A DNA stretch of 64,000 nt from Paecilomyces variotii. Taxonomy: Eukaryota. Location: the NCBI GenBank assembly GCA_004022145.1, contig RCNU01000003.1. One strand, written 5' to 3'. Position 1 is the stretch's first letter. Each line of letters begins with the position of its first letter. Shown one piece after another: positions 63,901 through 64,000 of the stretch. Made by a program: the position numbers and the translations under genes. The notes below the pieces were generated by a model. The model was not told where the DNA came from and ran no database searches. It was given only the letters and a program-made list of their open reading frames with translations.

Positions 63901-64000
63901 AGATTTAACCTTATTATTATATATCTTTTAGATACCTTTATAATATATCTAGTTTTTTAGTAAAATATAAATATAGAAGCCTCTATAGCAGCAACTTATT

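Larger units (their letters stand above)
58816..64000 (-). mobile_element. RIP-inactivated Ty3/gypsy chromovirus LTR retrotransposon, continuing beyond the window
   Basis: Reversing C>T/G>A changes on the minus strand recovers RT (GDEWKTAFRTRY about 63650-63685; VYLDDI about 63521-63540), RNase H (PVAYFSKK..YEVHDQELLA..W about 62890-63005), integrase (H..H..C..C; PW..VSMDFITGLP about 62115-62350) and a chromodomain (WEVEEIL..KWKGY about 61140-61290). Order is RT-RH-INT-CHD. Confidence 0.9.

Noticed and set aside
1-64000. tRNA, rRNA or CRISPR arrays
   Set aside because: No cloverleaf, rRNA-like or repeat-spacer pattern was recognised.

Overview
Intron-rich filamentous ascomycete DNA. The gene set, introns and RIP suggest Eurotiales (Aspergillus/Paecilomyces-like); this is an inference. 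The window has three zones. (1) About 2.5-40.8 kb is a compact housekeeping block: CCT5, HP1/HepA, Rap1, Swf1, Ctr86/ataxin-10-like, a RING protein, a MARVEL-like protein, a GMPPA-type guanylyltransferase, an Mx-like dynamin, cytosolic LysRS, an orphan Cys-rich protein, Cox15, an OB-fold-like hypothetical protein, a YML020W-like hydrolase and DNA ligase IV. (2) About 42-57.4 kb is a looser accessory block: two PTH11-like membrane proteins, an alpha/beta hydrolase, a GMC oxidoreductase and an MFS transporter. (3) From 58.6 kb to the end is a RIP-degraded AT-rich nest: a Tc1/mariner-like end interrupted by a minus-strand Ty3/gypsy chromovirus. The most interesting observations are: a long, possibly spliced antisense reading frame between pol and the 3' LTR of the retrotransposon; a dense cluster of ACAAAG (HMG-box-type) motifs upstream of an orphan Zn-finger gene; a candidate SPATA22/RPA2-like OB-fold protein; and two head-to-head receptor-enzyme gene pairs. 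Gene coordinates span introns, were read by eye and may be off by a few bases.
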